32,000 nucleotides of DNA from Nitrosospira multiformis ATCC 25196 (GCF_000196355.1 NC_007614.1:3030001-3062000); one strand, 5' to 3'; counted from the stretch's first letter, positions 9,790 through 20,227 are shown. The notes: generated by a model not told the origin, from the letters alone. A program made the numbers and translations.

Positions 9790-10172
9790 CTACCAAGATC
9801 CATGCATGCGTGGATGCCTTGGGCAATCCATTGCGCCTGATCCTCACCGGTGGCCAAGTAGCCGACATTACACAAGGGCCCGCACTGATCAATTCCATCA
9901 AGACTGATGCAGTTGTCGCCGACAAGGGATACGACAGCCACGTGTTCGTCGCAGTGATCACCGAGACGGGGGCTGAGGCCGTCATCCCGTCTCGGAGCAA
10001 CCGATGCGCCTCGCGCGAGTTCGATCGGGAGCGGTACAAAGCGCGTAACCTGGTGGAGCGATTCTTCAATCGGCTCAAACAATTTCGTCGCCTCGCGACC
10101 CGCTACGACAAACTCGCCAACCGCTTCAATGCTTTCTTGCATCTGGCTTGCGCCTACATCTGGCTACTGTGA
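9741..10172 (+). CDS. IS5/IS427-like transposase, orfB, probably expressed by -1 frameshift as OrfAB
   Basis: KKNGSDQAIGRSRGGLTTKIHACVDALGNPL...ADKGYDS...RYKARNLVERFFNRLKQFRRLATRYDKL; A8 run at 9741-9748 gives slippery A_AAA_AAA in the orfA frame. The listed ORF (9639..10172) begins upstream in the alternative frame. Confidence 0.85.
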   Translation, partial: KKNGSDQAIGRSRGGLTTKIHACVDALGNPLRLILTGGQVADITQGPALINSIKTDAVVADKGYDSHVFVAVITETGAEAVIPSRSNRCASREFDRERYKARNLVERFFNRLKQFRRLATRYDKLANRFNAFLHLACAYIWLL

Positions 10173-10241
10173 ACACGCTCTAGTAATTCCGTTTTTTGGA
10201 AGTCCCATTCTTATATATCGAATACTAAGGAGGAGTTTATC

Positions 10242-11543
10242 GTGAAAACCTTCGTTGATTTCAAAATCCGTGGCTTTATCCTCCTTGCAACATTTTTCAC
10301 CGGCTTGGGTTTCGGTACCAGCGCCTTCGCTCAAACACTACTACGTGAATATCAATACCTCGTCGACCTCAGCAGCAGGACAACAACCCGCCTTTATCAA
10401 TCCCCTTTCGGCGACGTTTTTTATCGTAACATCAACGATTCGGGGCAGTTAGTGGGCAATTTTGGGGAAGCTCCTTTCCATGCTTTCATCACCGGCCCCA
10501 ACGGGATAGGTATGAGAGACTTAGGCACCCTGGGGGATAATCCGGCACGTTCGAATTCATCTGCCTTTGCCATCAACAACTCAGGGCAGGTGGCAGGATT
10601 TTCTGATTCGATTCGTGACCGTCTTCAGTTTGAGTCCCATGCTTTCATCACGGGTCCTGATGGGATGGGTATGAGGAGTCTGGGCACCTTGGCCGGTAAT
10701 CACCCCGCTGCTTCCAGCAGTGCTTCTGGCGTCAATGAGGCTGGCCAGGTAGTTGGTGGCTCGGTTGTTGGTGCCTCTTATCATGCTTTCATCACGGGCC
10801 CCGGTGGGATAGGTATGAGGGACTTAGGCACCTTGGGTGGTACTAACAGCCGTGCTTCTGGCATCAATGAGGCTGGCCAGGTAGTTGGTGGCTCGGTTGT
10901 TGGTGCCTCTTATCATGCTTTCATCACGGGCCCCGGTGGGATAGGTATGAGGGACTTAGGCACCTTGGGTGGTACTAACAGCCGTGCTTCTGGCATCAAC
11001 GAGGCCGGGCAGGTGATAGGGAACTCTCTCACGGCTCAAAACGTTTGGCATGCTTTCATTACGGGCCCGGACGGGACGGGTATGAAAGACCTGGGCACCC
11101 TGGGCGGTACTAGCAGCAGTGCTGTTGGCATCAGCGATATCGGGCAGGTGGCGGGGAACGCTGACACGGCTGGAGGTGCCTCTCATGCTTTCGTCACCGG
11201 GGCGGATGGGATAGGTATGAGGGACTTGGGCACCTTGGGCGGAACTTCTAGCGAGGCGTATGGCATCAACGAGGCCGGGCAAGTAATAGGGGGCTCTCTC
11301 ACGGCTGAAAATGTTTGGCGTGCTTTCATCACCGGCCCCGAGGGCGAAGGCATGACAGACCTCAATTCACTGGTTGATATGCCGACTGGAGAAGTTCTAC
11401 TCCAGGCTACTGCTATCAATAACGCAGGGCAAGTCCTTGCAATCGGACTAATCCCTGAACCGGAAATCTATGCCTTGATACTCCCTGGGTTAGGGTTGGT
11501 CGGATTTATAGCGCGGCAAAAGAAGGCGAAGAAGCCTTGTTAA
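10242..11543 (+). CDS. HAF-repeat extracellular protein with PEP-CTERM sorting signal
   Basis: GTG start after GGAGGAG; signal peptide GFILLATFFTGLGFGTSAFA; seven HAFITGPxGxGMxDLGTLG-type repeats; C-terminus IPEPEIYALILPGLGLVGFIARQKKAKKPC. Confidence 0.92.
   Translation: MKTFVDFKIRGFILLATFFTGLGFGTSAFAQTLLREYQYLVDLSSRTTTRLYQSPFGDVFYRNINDSGQLVGNFGEAPFHAFITGPNGIGMRDLGTLGDNPARSNSSAFAINNSGQVAGFSDSIRDRLQFESHAFITGPDGMGMRSLGTLAGNHPAASSSASGVNEAGQVVGGSVVGASYHAFITGPGGIGMRDLGTLGGTNSRASGINEAGQVVGGSVVGASYHAFITGPGGIGMRDLGTLGGTNSRASGINEAGQVIGNSLTAQNVWHAFITGPDGTGMKDLGTLGGTSSSAVGISDIGQVAGNADTAGGASHAFVTGADGIGMRDLGTLGGTSSEAYGINEAGQVIGGSLTAENVWRAFITGPEGEGMTDLNSLVDMPTGEVLLQATAINNAGQVLAIGLIPEPEIYALILPGLGLVGFIARQKKAKKPC
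10732..10999 (+). repeat. 132-bp in-frame tandem duplication within HAF-repeat gene
   Basis: Bases 10732-10867 recur identically at 10864-10999 (TCAATGAGGCTGGCCAGGTAGTTGG...CGTGCTTCTGGCATCAA). Confidence 0.93.
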
Positions 11544-11761
11544 TGTTAACACTACTCGTCCGTCCCATAACGCATGGAGTTTTCCAAATTCCCCGTATAG
11601 AGGCTGCCAAAACCCTCCTCCTCGAAGGATGAAACACCCCGGAAATGGTCGTTGGAGACATAATTCAGCGCTTCGGTCGGTAAGTTGGGGAATCTGGCTG
11701 CTTTCCGTTAGGTGGAACGATGTGACCGTGCGGTTATTAATATCAACTTGTTGGAGGAGAC

Positions 11762-12937
11762 ATAATATTCAGCCATTGCTTCAAAGCCAGCGGCTTTATC
11801 CCAGCTGTAGCATTTTTTGTCGCCCTCAGTTTCGTCACGCATGCCACCGCTGAACAGCATTCCTTCCTTATTGATCTTGCCAGTAAGCAAGTAACCAGCC
11901 TCGGAAGCCTGGGGGGAGGGAACACTATCGCTAGAGACATCAATGATGCCGGACAGGTGGTCGGCACTTCGACAACAGCCCAAGGCGAGACTCATGCCTT
12001 TCTAACCGGGCCCAACGGCATGGGAATGAATAGAGTGGGCATAACCACTGACCCCTTGTTAAGCTCCTTTAGTGGGGCTGTCGGAATCAACAATACTGGA
12101 CAGGTTATCGGAAATTATCCGACTACGTCCGATCCAGAGGGCTTTTTTACCTGGAACCGTTCTTTCATTACTGGCCCCAATGGCGTAGGTACAACCGAAC
12201 TCGGATTTGAAGCCACCGGAATTAACGATAGGGGGACAGTAGTGGGGTGGGATTCCGCTTTCCCTACCGAGTTTCTCTCCTCCGTTTATCCGGCTGTAGT
12301 ATTCAGGGCCGGGAGAGAATATCAGGTCAGTGGTTTGCTTGGACCTTACGACAATTACGATCAGTTTCTGGCTATTAATAACTTAGAACAAATTGTGGGA
12401 AAGGCATCCGGAGTACATGCTGTTCTCGGCTTCTCCGATACCCCCTCGGGATTCTGGACTGACATAGGTGCCTTGACTGGAAATTACTATAGCGAGGCTG
12501 TTGGGATTAACGATGCAGGACAGGTAATAGGTTCTTACCAGGCTAACGGTGTCTCCCATGCTTTCATAACCAATGCGAGTGCCACGGAACTGACCGATCT
12601 CGGCGCACTAGGAGGCTTTGGCAGCGAGGCTCTTGGAATTAACGATATCGGACAGGTAGTTGGATGGGCCAATACGTCGGATGGAGATCGGCATGCGTTT
12701 TTTACCGGTCCTAACGGAGAAGGCATGATAGACCTCAATTCATTGGTTCACCTGTCCGAGGGGGGCATCCTCACCGCCGCTATGGGTATAAATAATGAGG
12801 GACAAGTTATTGTTCTGGCTATCCCGGAATCGGAAATCTACGCTCTGATGCTTGCTGGCCTAGGCTTGATCGGTTTCATGGTACGACGCAAGAAAGAAGA
12901 AAATCTACTGAGAAGGCAAAGGACACACGTCGTGTAG
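11762..12937 (+). CDS. Second HAF-repeat protein with a PEP-CTERM-like tail; real N-terminus lies upstream of the listed ORF (11957), non-canonical or lost start codon
   Basis: Frame open from 11741 encodes IIFSHCFKASGFIPAVAFFVALSFVTHATAEQHSFLIDLASKQVTSLGSLGGGNTIARDINDAGQVVGTSTTAQGETHAF..., continuous with the listed ORF; GGAGGAG at 11753-11759; C-terminus IPESEIYALMLAGLGLIGFMVRRKKEENLLRRQRTHVV. Confidence 0.8.
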   Translation: MIFSHCFKASGFIPAVAFFVALSFVTHATAEQHSFLIDLASKQVTSLGSLGGGNTIARDINDAGQVVGTSTTAQGETHAFLTGPNGMGMNRVGITTDPLLSSFSGAVGINNTGQVIGNYPTTSDPEGFFTWNRSFITGPNGVGTTELGFEATGINDRGTVVGWDSAFPTEFLSSVYPAVVFRAGREYQVSGLLGPYDNYDQFLAINNLEQIVGKASGVHAVLGFSDTPSGFWTDIGALTGNYYSEAVGINDAGQVIGSYQANGVSHAFITNASATELTDLGALGGFGSEALGINDIGQVVGWANTSDGDRHAFFTGPNGEGMIDLNSLVHLSEGGILTAAMGINNEGQVIVLAIPESEIYALMLAGLGLIGFMVRRKKEENLLRRQRTHVV

Positions 12938-13077
12938 TTGCCGCCGCCGGAATGGATCCTGACGAGTTGTGCGGCACACGCTACGCCATACCGCTATCAC
13001 ACACTTGGTTCAAGCTGGAGTGGATCTGCCTACGGTAAAAAGGATTTCAGGGCATAAGACCTAATAATGGTTGAACG

Positions 13078-13133
13078 TTATGCTCACCAGAACGGCAAAC
13101 ATATCTTATGCTCACCAGAACGGCGAACATATC
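13078..13133. repeat. Two-copy 28-bp tandem repeat
   Basis: TTATGCTCACCAGAACGGC[A/G]AACATATC at 13078-13105 and 13106-13133, one mismatch. Confidence 0.9.
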
Positions 13134-13257
13134 AAGACAGCAATGGATAAACTTGGGGACCGCTATCGGAAGATTAGGTAGTAATTCTCTTCGCAATTAC
13201 ACAAGAATTACACAAAGCAAAAGGTTTTCCGATATTAAATCTTCTAACTTGAATTAC

Positions 13258-13333
<76 letters not shown>

Positions 13334-13676
13334 TATTAAAACGATTATCCTGTAACAGTCGATTCAGGTACAGGTTTTTAACCGGCGAGATTGTAGCACA
13401 GTGCCAATTCTGTTGGAATCCAGCGTGCAAGATTAAAAACTGGAGCAACCGTAGAAACGGTACGATTTTCTTGCCGAACTACGTTTCTGTTTCACCTCTT
13501 GACCGTCTCTTGCAAACACGAAATGCAGTCAGGCATGCCGGTTACGGCAGAGTATCCAGCCTCTTAAAAACAGTGGAATTTCTTGCTCCCACACATCGGA
13601 GCATTAACCGCCTGAAAATCAGCTGCCTGAAACTCGTCCAAACAGGCTACAATTCAGCATTTTAGCAGCAATAGGC

Positions 13677-14684
13677 ATGCGCATTTCCCACGGCACTCCC
13701 GTTCAGGCTGATGCGCCGGTTGCCCTCACCATCGGCAATTTCGATGGGGTGCATCTGGGGCACCAGGCGATGCTTGCGCGCCTGAAAAAGGCAGCTGACC
13801 GGCTTGGTGTCGAATCCTGTGTCATGATTTTCGAACCGCATCCGCGTGAATTTTTCGCACCGGATAAGGCGCCCACGCGGCTCACCAGCCTGCGGGAGAA
13901 GCTGGAGTTGCTGGCGGCAGCCGGAGTGGAGCGGGTGCAGATATGCCGCTTCGATTTCGATTTTGCCAGAATTCCGGCGGAGGATTTTATTGTCCGCATC
14001 CTTCAGCATGGTCTGGCTGCGCGCTGGATCCTGGTGGGAGACGACTTTCGCTTCGGTGCACGCCGTGCCGGTGATTATGAGATGCTCAAGGCATTTTCGG
14101 CAGAGTGCGGTTTCGAGGTGGAGGACATGCCGGGCTTTACCGTAAACGGCCTGCGGGTTTCAAGCACGGCGGTTCGCGAAGCATTGGCGGCCGGCGATCT
14201 CGACCTGGTCAAACGCCTGCTGGGCCGTTTCTACAGCATCAGCGGGCGCGTGGTGGATGGCGACAAGCTGGGCAAGAAGATCGGGTTTCCTACCGCGAAC
14301 ATCCAGCTCAAGCATAATCGCCCGCCGCTGGCGGGAATCTTTGCCGTTGAAGTCGAAATGGAAGCTTCGGGTAACGAGACGCCGCCGTCATTGGAAGTGC
14401 CTTCATTGGATACACTGCGGGGGGTTGCAAGCCTGGGGGTGCGTCCTACCGTGCATGAGCATGGCAAGCCGGTGCTGGAGGTTCACCTGTTCGATTTCGA
14501 CCAGGAAATTTATGGCCGCCATTTGCGGGTGCATTTTCTTCACAAGCTGCGTGATGAGGAAAAATATTCCGGCCTCGAGGCGCTGACCAGACAGATTGGC
14601 CGGGATGTGGACAATGCAAAGAATTACTTCTCCTCGTTATCCGCAGCGCCCGCTCTTTCTGAAAAGAAGCTTGTGCAAGGATAA
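13677..14684 (+). CDS. ribF: Bifunctional riboflavin kinase / FAD synthetase
   Basis: ALTIGNFDGVHLGHQAML, SSTAVREAL, GRVVDGDKLGKKIGFPTANI motifs; operon with ileS and lspA. Confidence 0.96.
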   Translation: MRISHGTPVQADAPVALTIGNFDGVHLGHQAMLARLKKAADRLGVESCVMIFEPHPREFFAPDKAPTRLTSLREKLELLAAAGVERVQICRFDFDFARIPAEDFIVRILQHGLAARWILVGDDFRFGARRAGDYEMLKAFSAECGFEVEDMPGFTVNGLRVSSTAVREALAAGDLDLVKRLLGRFYSISGRVVDGDKLGKKIGFPTANIQLKHNRPPLAGIFAVEVEMEASGNETPPSLEVPSLDTLRGVASLGVRPTVHEHGKPVLEVHLFDFDQEIYGRHLRVHFLHKLRDEEKYSGLEALTRQIGRDVDNAKNYFSSLSAAPALSEKKLVQG

Positions 14685-14723
14685 GGCTGCCATTGCTGCC
14701 ATTCGCTACTTTTTCGATATTTC

Positions 14724-17555
14724 ATGACCGACTATAAGAAAACGCTGAACCTGCCCGATACGCCTTTTCCGATGCGCGGCGATCTCGCGAAGCGAGAGCC
14801 TGTGATGCTCAAGGCATGGGAAGAAAAGGATCTTTATCAGAGAATCCGGGAAGCCTGCAAAGGCCGCCCCAAGTTCGTGCTGCATGATGGACCGCCGTAT
14901 GCCAACGGGGATATACACATCGGCCACGCGGTCAACAAGATACTGAAAGACATCATCATCAAGTCGAAGACCTTGGCTGGCTTCGATGCGCCCTATGTGC
15001 CGGGCTGGGATTGCCATGGCCTGCCGATCGAGCACCAGATCGAAAAGAAGTACGGCAAGAATTTGCCGGGGGATAAGGTGCGCGAGCTATGCCGCGCTTT
15101 TGCAAAGGAGCAGGTTGCGCGGCAGAAAGCCGATTTCATCCGCCTCGGTGTCCTGGGCGATTGGGATAACCCTTACCTCACCATGAATTACCGCACGGAG
15201 GCGGGCATTATCCGTGCGTTGGGCAAAATCCATGAAAACGGCTATCTCTACCAGGGGCAAAAGCCGGTCAACTGGTGTATCGATTGCGGCTCGGCATTGG
15301 CTGAAGCGGAAGTCGAATATGAAGACAAGACCTCACCTGCGATAGACGTGAAATTCAGGGTGGCTGATCCGGCCGCATTCTGGCAAAAGGTCTTGAAACC
15401 ATCGGATGATTTGCTGCCTCCGGTTACCCATGATGACAAACCCGTTTATGTCGTTATCTGGACGACCACCCCCTGGACCTTGCCGGCCAACCAGGCGGTG
15501 AGTTTGAACCCTGATGAAGAATACGTTGCGATCGACACCGGAAGTGAGTTCTTACTTCTGGCCGATGCCCTTGCTGACAGCGCCTTGTCCCGCTATGGAA
15601 TCTTAAAAGCCGATGTAAGCATTGCGGGCAGATGTACGGGTGCCGCCTTGGAACACATGTTGCTGCAGCATCCGTTTTACTCCCGGCAGGTGCCCATCAT
15701 TCTGGGAGAACATGTCACCATGGATGCGGGAACAGGTGCGGTGCATACCGCTCCCGCGCATGGGGTGGACGATTATGTGGTGGGCCAGAAGTACGGCTTG
15801 CCGGTGGATAATCCGGTGGGGAATGACGGACGCTTCTTCGATTCTGTGCCGCTCGTCGGCGGGCTTTCCATATGGAAGGCGAACGAGGTGGTAATACAGG
15901 CATTGGAGAAGAACGGCCTTTTGTTGAAGAACGAAAAGCTTCAACACAGCTACCCGCACTGCTGGCGGCATCGGACACCGATCATCTTCCGCGCGACCCC
16001 CCAGTGGTTTATATCCATGGACAAGGAAGTCTCGCGTAAGAATCATGGTGAAGTTGCGCAATCGCTGCGCGAATCGGCGACAGCCGCCGTGGAGGCAACC
16101 GCCTTTTACCCGTCCTGGGGAAAAGCCCGGCTGGAAGCGATGGTCAACAACCGGCCGGACTGGTGCATTTCGCGCCAACGCAACTGGGGTGTGCCGATGG
16201 CGCTTTTCGTCAACAAGGAAACCCATGAACTGCACCCGCGCACGAGCGAACTGCTGGAGCAGGTTGCTCAACGGGTGGAGCAGGAAGGGATTGAAGCATG
16301 GTTTCGTTTGGATGCGAAGGAACTCCTGGGAGAGGAAGCGAAAGATTACAAGAAGCTTACGGATACGCTGGATGTGTGGTTCGATTCGGGTACGACGCAC
16401 GATACGGTTCTGAAGCCTGATCCGCAATTGAAGTATCCGGCCGACCTTTACCTGGAGGGGTCGGACCAGCACCGCGGCTGGTTCCAGTCCTCCCTGCTCA
16501 CCGGTTGCGCGATTGACGGGCGCGCTCCTTACGATGCCCTGCTCACGCATGGCTTCGTGGTGGACGGGCACGGCCATAAGATGAGCAAATCCAGGGGGAA
16601 TGTGATTGCGCCGCAGAAGGTGATGGATACGTCGGGAGCGGATATCCTGCGATTATGGGTGGGGTCCACGGATTATTCGGGAGAGCTTTCGATATCGGAT
16701 GAAATCCTGAAGCGGGTGGTGGAGAGCTACCGGCGGATACGCAATACGCTGCGTTTTCTGCTTGCCAATCTTGCAGATTTTGATTCATCAACCGATGCCG
16801 TGCCCATCGAGCAGTGGCTGGAAATAGACCGCTACATTCTGGCCTTTACGAGAAGGCTCCAGGATAAGGTGGTGGAAGATTACTGCAACTTTGACTTTCA
16901 TTTGATCGTGCATCGCTTGCATAACTTCTGTTCCGAGGATCTTGGCGGTTTCTACCTCGATGTCCTCAAGGACCGGCTATATACAGCCAGCGCCAATGGT
17001 CTTCCGCGCCGTTCCGCCCAAAGCGCGCTGCATCACATTGCCCATAGCCTCGTGCGCTTGTTTGCGCCCATCCTCAGCTTTACTTCCGAAGAGGTATGGC
17101 AATATCTCCACGGCGATTCGGAGAACAGCATTTTCCTGCATACATGGCACAGGCTACCGCCGCAGCCGGATGAGGAAGCGCTCGTGACGCGCTGGAGCAG
17201 GATACGCGAATTGCGCTCGCAGGTTCAAAAAGCCCTGGAGGAGTCGCGCGCCTCCGGGAAGATCGGTTCTTCGCTTGCAGCCGAGGTGCAGATTCGAGTT
17301 TCTGGAGATGATTTTTCTCTGCTGGAGTCGCTAGGCGATGATCTCCGGCTTGTCATGATCACCTCGGCAGCGCAGGCCGTTCACATTGAGAAACTGGAGG
17401 GCGAAAGCATTGCCGTAACGCCCAGCGTCCACCCGAAATGCGAACGGTGCTGGCATTATCGGGAGGATGTAGGTGTGGACAGGGAGCACCCGACCATTTG
17501 CGGGCGATGCGTATCCAACCTGTATGGGGCGGGCGAGGCTAGACGATATGCTTGA
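14724..17555 (+). CDS. ileS: Isoleucyl-tRNA synthetase
   Basis: 943 aa; [19 protein letters not shown] (HIGH), KMSKSRGN (KMSKS), C-terminal zinc finger [12 protein letters not shown]...CGRCVSNL. Confidence 0.98.
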   Translation: MTDYKKTLNLPDTPFPMRGDLAKREPVMLKAWEEKDLYQRIREACKGRPKFVLHDGPPYANGDIHIGHAVNKILKDIIIKSKTLAGFDAPYVPGWDCHGLPIEHQIEKKYGKNLPGDKVRELCRAFAKEQVARQKADFIRLGVLGDWDNPYLTMNYRTEAGIIRALGKIHENGYLYQGQKPVNWCIDCGSALAEAEVEYEDKTSPAIDVKFRVADPAAFWQKVLKPSDDLLPPVTHDDKPVYVVIWTTTPWTLPANQAVSLNPDEEYVAIDTGSEFLLLADALADSALSRYGILKADVSIAGRCTGAALEHMLLQHPFYSRQVPIILGEHVTMDAGTGAVHTAPAHGVDDYVVGQKYGLPVDNPVGNDGRFFDSVPLVGGLSIWKANEVVIQALEKNGLLLKNEKLQHSYPHCWRHRTPIIFRATPQWFISMDKEVSRKNHGEVAQSLRESATAAVEATAFYPSWGKARLEAMVNNRPDWCISRQRNWGVPMALFVNKETHELHPRTSELLEQVAQRVEQEGIEAWFRLDAKELLGEEAKDYKKLTDTLDVWFDSGTTHDTVLKPDPQLKYPADLYLEGSDQHRGWFQSSLLTGCAIDGRAPYDALLTHGFVVDGHGHKMSKSRGNVIAPQKVMDTSGADILRLWVGSTDYSGELSISDEILKRVVESYRRIRNTLRFLLANLADFDSSTDAVPIEQWLEIDRYILAFTRRLQDKVVEDYCNFDFHLIVHRLHNFCSEDLGGFYLDVLKDRLYTASANGLPRRSAQSALHHIAHSLVRLFAPILSFTSEEVWQYLHGDSENSIFLHTWHRLPPQPDEEALVTRWSRIRELRSQVQKALEESRASGKIGSSLAAEVQIRVSGDDFSLLESLGDDLRLVMITSAAQAVHIEKLEGESIAVTPSVHPKCERCWHYREDVGVDREHPTICGRCVSNLYGAGEARRYA

Positions 17556-17582
17556 ACAAGTTTCTTGGGAGGACAGGCTTAT

Positions 17583-18065
17583 ATGAAGCTGTGGGTAAGC
17601 CTGGTTATTGCGCTGATTGTAGTGGTGCTCGATTTCGTCACGAAGCGCTGGATAGAGGGCGTATTGGATTATGGCGAGCATGTGCCGCTGACCGGTTTTT
17701 TCAATCTGGTGCTGGCATATAACGCGGGAGCCGCGTTCAGCTTCCTGAGTGATGCGGGAGGGTGGCAGCGCTGGTTTTTCACGACCGTTTCCGCAGGCGC
17801 TTCTGTATTAATCGTTTTTTTGCTGTACAGGCATGCGGCAGATAAACTTTTCTGCATCGCTTTGAGCCTGATCCTCGGAGGTGCCCTGGGGAACTTATGG
17901 GACCGGGCTACCCTGGGTCATGTCGTCGATTTTCTGGATTTCCATGTAGCGGGCTATCACTGGCCCGCCTTCAACGTCGCGGATTCAGCGATTTCGCTTG
18001 GAGCCGTATTGCTGGTGATCGACGGTTTTCGGCGAAAGGATGCCGATATCGCAAAGAGCAGGTGA
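17583..18065 (+). CDS. lspA: Signal peptidase II (prolipoprotein signal peptidase)
   Basis: NLVLAYNAGAAFSFL and GGALGNLWDRATLGHVVDFLDF...FNVADSAISLG motifs; ATG at 17583 preferred over the listed TTG at 17565. Confidence 0.96.
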   Translation: MKLWVSLVIALIVVVLDFVTKRWIEGVLDYGEHVPLTGFFNLVLAYNAGAAFSFLSDAGGWQRWFFTTVSAGASVLIVFLLYRHAADKLFCIALSLILGGALGNLWDRATLGHVVDFLDFHVAGYHWPAFNVADSAISLGAVLLVIDGFRRKDADIAKSR

Positions 18066-18085
18066 TTCCAGCGCAAGAAGAGGTT

Positions 18086-18640
18086 TCAGACGGCGGTCTT
18101 GCCGGGCTGCCACATCACGTCTTCCACACCTTGCTGCCGATTCAGGAAGCGGCATAATACGAACAGAAAATCCGACAGCCGGTTGAGATACTGAAGATGG
18201 GCAGGAATCAACGTTTCTGCCTGGTAGAGCTCTACGAGCCGCCTTTCGGCGCGACGGCATACTGCGCGGGCAACGTGGCATAATGAAGCGGCGCGGGTGC
18301 CACCGGGAAGTATGAATTCCCCGAGCGCCGGTAACCCTTCGTTGTAATGGTCCAGTTGCGCCTCCAGGCGGTTGGCCTGTCCGACATTGATAGTGACCCG
18401 TCCGGGAATGCACAGATCCCCGCCCAGATCGAACAGCTCGTGCTGGATATCTTCCAGTTTTATCCTGATATCGCCATCCAGCGCTTCCGCAAGCAACAGG
18501 CCAATGAAACTGTTGAGCTCATCAACCATGCCCATGGCTTCGACGCGCTGACTGTGCTTGGAAGAGCGGGTACCGTCCCCCAGTCCAGTCGTCCCGTCAT
18601 CACCCGTCCGCGTATAGATCCTGCTCAGGCGCTTTCTCAT
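18086..18640 (-). CDS. PduO-type ATP:cob(I)alamin adenosyltransferase
   Basis: RIYTRTGDDGTTGLGDGTRSSK N-terminal motif and ARAVCRRAERRLVEL...YLNRLSDFLFVLCR. Confidence 0.93.
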   Translation of the reverse strand: MRKRLSRIYTRTGDDGTTGLGDGTRSSKHSQRVEAMGMVDELNSFIGLLLAEALDGDIRIKLEDIQHELFDLGGDLCIPGRVTINVGQANRLEAQLDHYNEGLPALGEFILPGGTRAASLCHVARAVCRRAERRLVELYQAETLIPAHLQYLNRLSDFLFVLCRFLNRQQGVEDVMWQPGKTAV

Positions 18641-18694
18641 GCCAGTCGTCAGGTCAATTCGGGGAGTGATTTTCGTTAACCGGGCAATACGACC

Positions 18695-20227
18695 TCACCC
18701 TTCCTGCCCCTGCTTGCTTTGACCGCGTGGCGGCATGAATAACGCGGGAATGGGTTTTTTTTGCTGCTTATGGGCAAAATAGTCGAACCGTTTTTCCGGC
18801 AGGGGTGTTTCGGACTTGGCACTGGTTCTGTCCGAAGGCTCTCCTGAAAACGTGCCCGGCGTATAGGGCTGGGTAAAGAGCGGGTCCTCCGGCAACTTGC
18901 CGGTTCTGCGGGAGCCTGCATGCTCCTTGGAACTCCTGGCAGTTTTACCCTTGGTCCCGTTAAGCGACATAACCGAATTTGCCTGCTCCAGTTTCCGCGG
19001 CTGCGATCCGCGAGGCTGCGACCCCGCAGATTTCTGATCGATTCTTCCGTGCGAGATCGCAGCTTCCCCTTGAGCAACCGGGGTTTCCGGCTCGAAACCT
19101 GGAACGACTTTCGATTCCAGCTTGAATTTGAGCAATTTCTCGATGCCTTTGAGTAATTCCGCCTCATCCTCGCATACGAGTGATACGGCATCGCCCTTGG
19201 TTCCAGCCCGGCCCGTGCGGCCAATGCGATGTACGTAATCCTCGGGATTTGTCGGTAACTCGAAATTGACCACGTGCGGCAATTCCTCGATGTCCAATCC
19301 CCGGGCAGCCACGTCGGTCGCCACCAGGACGCGGACCACGCCCTGTTTGAATTTTGCCAGCGCTTCGGTACGCTGCGTCTGGGTTTTGTCCCCATGAATC
19401 GCCGTTGCACTGATATGGTCCCGTTCCAGCTGGTGAGCCAGGCGGCTCGCTCCATGCTTGGTCCGGGCAAATACCAGAACCTGTTGCAGGTCTTGCGATT
19501 TGATGAGGTGCGCCAACAATTCACGCTTGCGCTCGCGAACCACAGGATGTACAACATGAGTTATCAATTCAGTGATGGTGTTGCGCCTAGCGACTTCGAC
19601 CAGTACCGGCTCTCTCAGAAGCTTCCCCGCAAGTTTCTTGATTTCATCGGAAAATGTGGCCGAAAACATCAGGCTCTGGCGCTGGGATGGCAGCAATGCA
19701 AGAATGCGCTTGATATCCGGCAAAAAACCCATGTCGAGCATCCGGTCTGCCTCATCCAGTATGAGAATCTCTACCTTGGATAAGTTGATCGCCTTCTGCT
19801 GAACGTGATCCAGGAGCCGTCCCGGCGTAGCCACCAGAATTTCTACCCCCGCCCGCAACTCTCGAGTTTGCGGTTCCATATCCACCCCGCCGTAAACTGC
19901 AGCGTATCTCAGTGGAAGATACTTGCCATACGTTTTTACGCTCTCGTGCACCTGGATAGCGAGTTCGCGCGTGGGAACGAGAATCAGCGTACGGATGGGG
20001 TGCCGGGCGGGAGAGGCGCTGGTGTTGGCGCCGGATTGCAGGAGATTCAACATCGGCAATGTAAAACTCGCAGTCTTGCCGGTACCGGTCTGTGCTGCGC
20101 CCATGATATCCCTGCCTTCGAGGATATGGGGAATTGCCTGGGTCTGAATCGGAGTTGGGTCGGTATAGCCTTGATCTGCTATGGCGCGCAGAATCTCGGG
20201 CGTTAAATTAAGTTCGGTAAACGACAT
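18695..20227 (-). CDS. rhlE: DEAD-box RNA helicase, RhlE-like
   Basis: [39 protein letters not shown]; start at MSFTELNL. Confidence 0.93.
   Translation of the reverse strand: MSFTELNLTPEILRAIADQGYTDPTPIQTQAIPHILEGRDIMGAAQTGTGKTASFTLPMLNLLQSGANTSASPARHPIRTLILVPTRELAIQVHESVKTYGKYLPLRYAAVYGGVDMEPQTRELRAGVEILVATPGRLLDHVQQKAINLSKVEILILDEADRMLDMGFLPDIKRILALLPSQRQSLMFSATFSDEIKKLAGKLLREPVLVEVARRNTITELITHVVHPVVRERKRELLAHLIKSQDLQQVLVFARTKHGASRLAHQLERDHISATAIHGDKTQTQRTEALAKFKQGVVRVLVATDVAARGLDIEELPHVVNFELPTNPEDYVHRIGRTGRAGTKGDAVSLVCEDEAELLKGIEKLLKFKLESKVVPGFEPETPVAQGEAAISHGRIDQKSAGSQPRGSQPRKLEQANSVMSLNGTKGKTARSSKEHAGSRRTGKLPEDPLFTQPYTPGTFSGEPSDRTSAKSETPLPEKRFDYFAHKQQKKPIPALFMPPRGQSKQGQEG

Larger units (their letters stand above)
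9366..10179 (+). mobile_element. IS5-family (IS427-like) insertion sequence, 814 bp
   Basis: Terminal inverted repeats GGCCTGTTCACAGTAG (9366-9381) / AGCGTGTTCACAGTAG (reverse complement of 10164-10179), 14/16 identical, flanked by CTAG direct repeats (9362-9365 and 10180-10183); encodes a DDE transposase in two frames. Confidence 0.9.

Noticed and set aside
11708-11995. 95-aa minus-strand ORF opposite the start of the second HAF gene
   Set aside because: The opposite strand encodes a signal peptide and HAF sequence aligned to its paralog, so this is most likely a shadow ORF.
13078-13133. CRISPR array
   Set aside because: Only two copies, directly adjacent with no spacers, no cas genes in the window.
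15603-16577. 324-aa ORF antisense to ileS
   Set aside because: Overlaps unambiguous ileS coding sequence; no domain features.
18676-19557. 293-aa minus-strand ORF overlapping rhlE in another frame
   Set aside because: Same-strand alternative frame of the helicase gene; no domain features.
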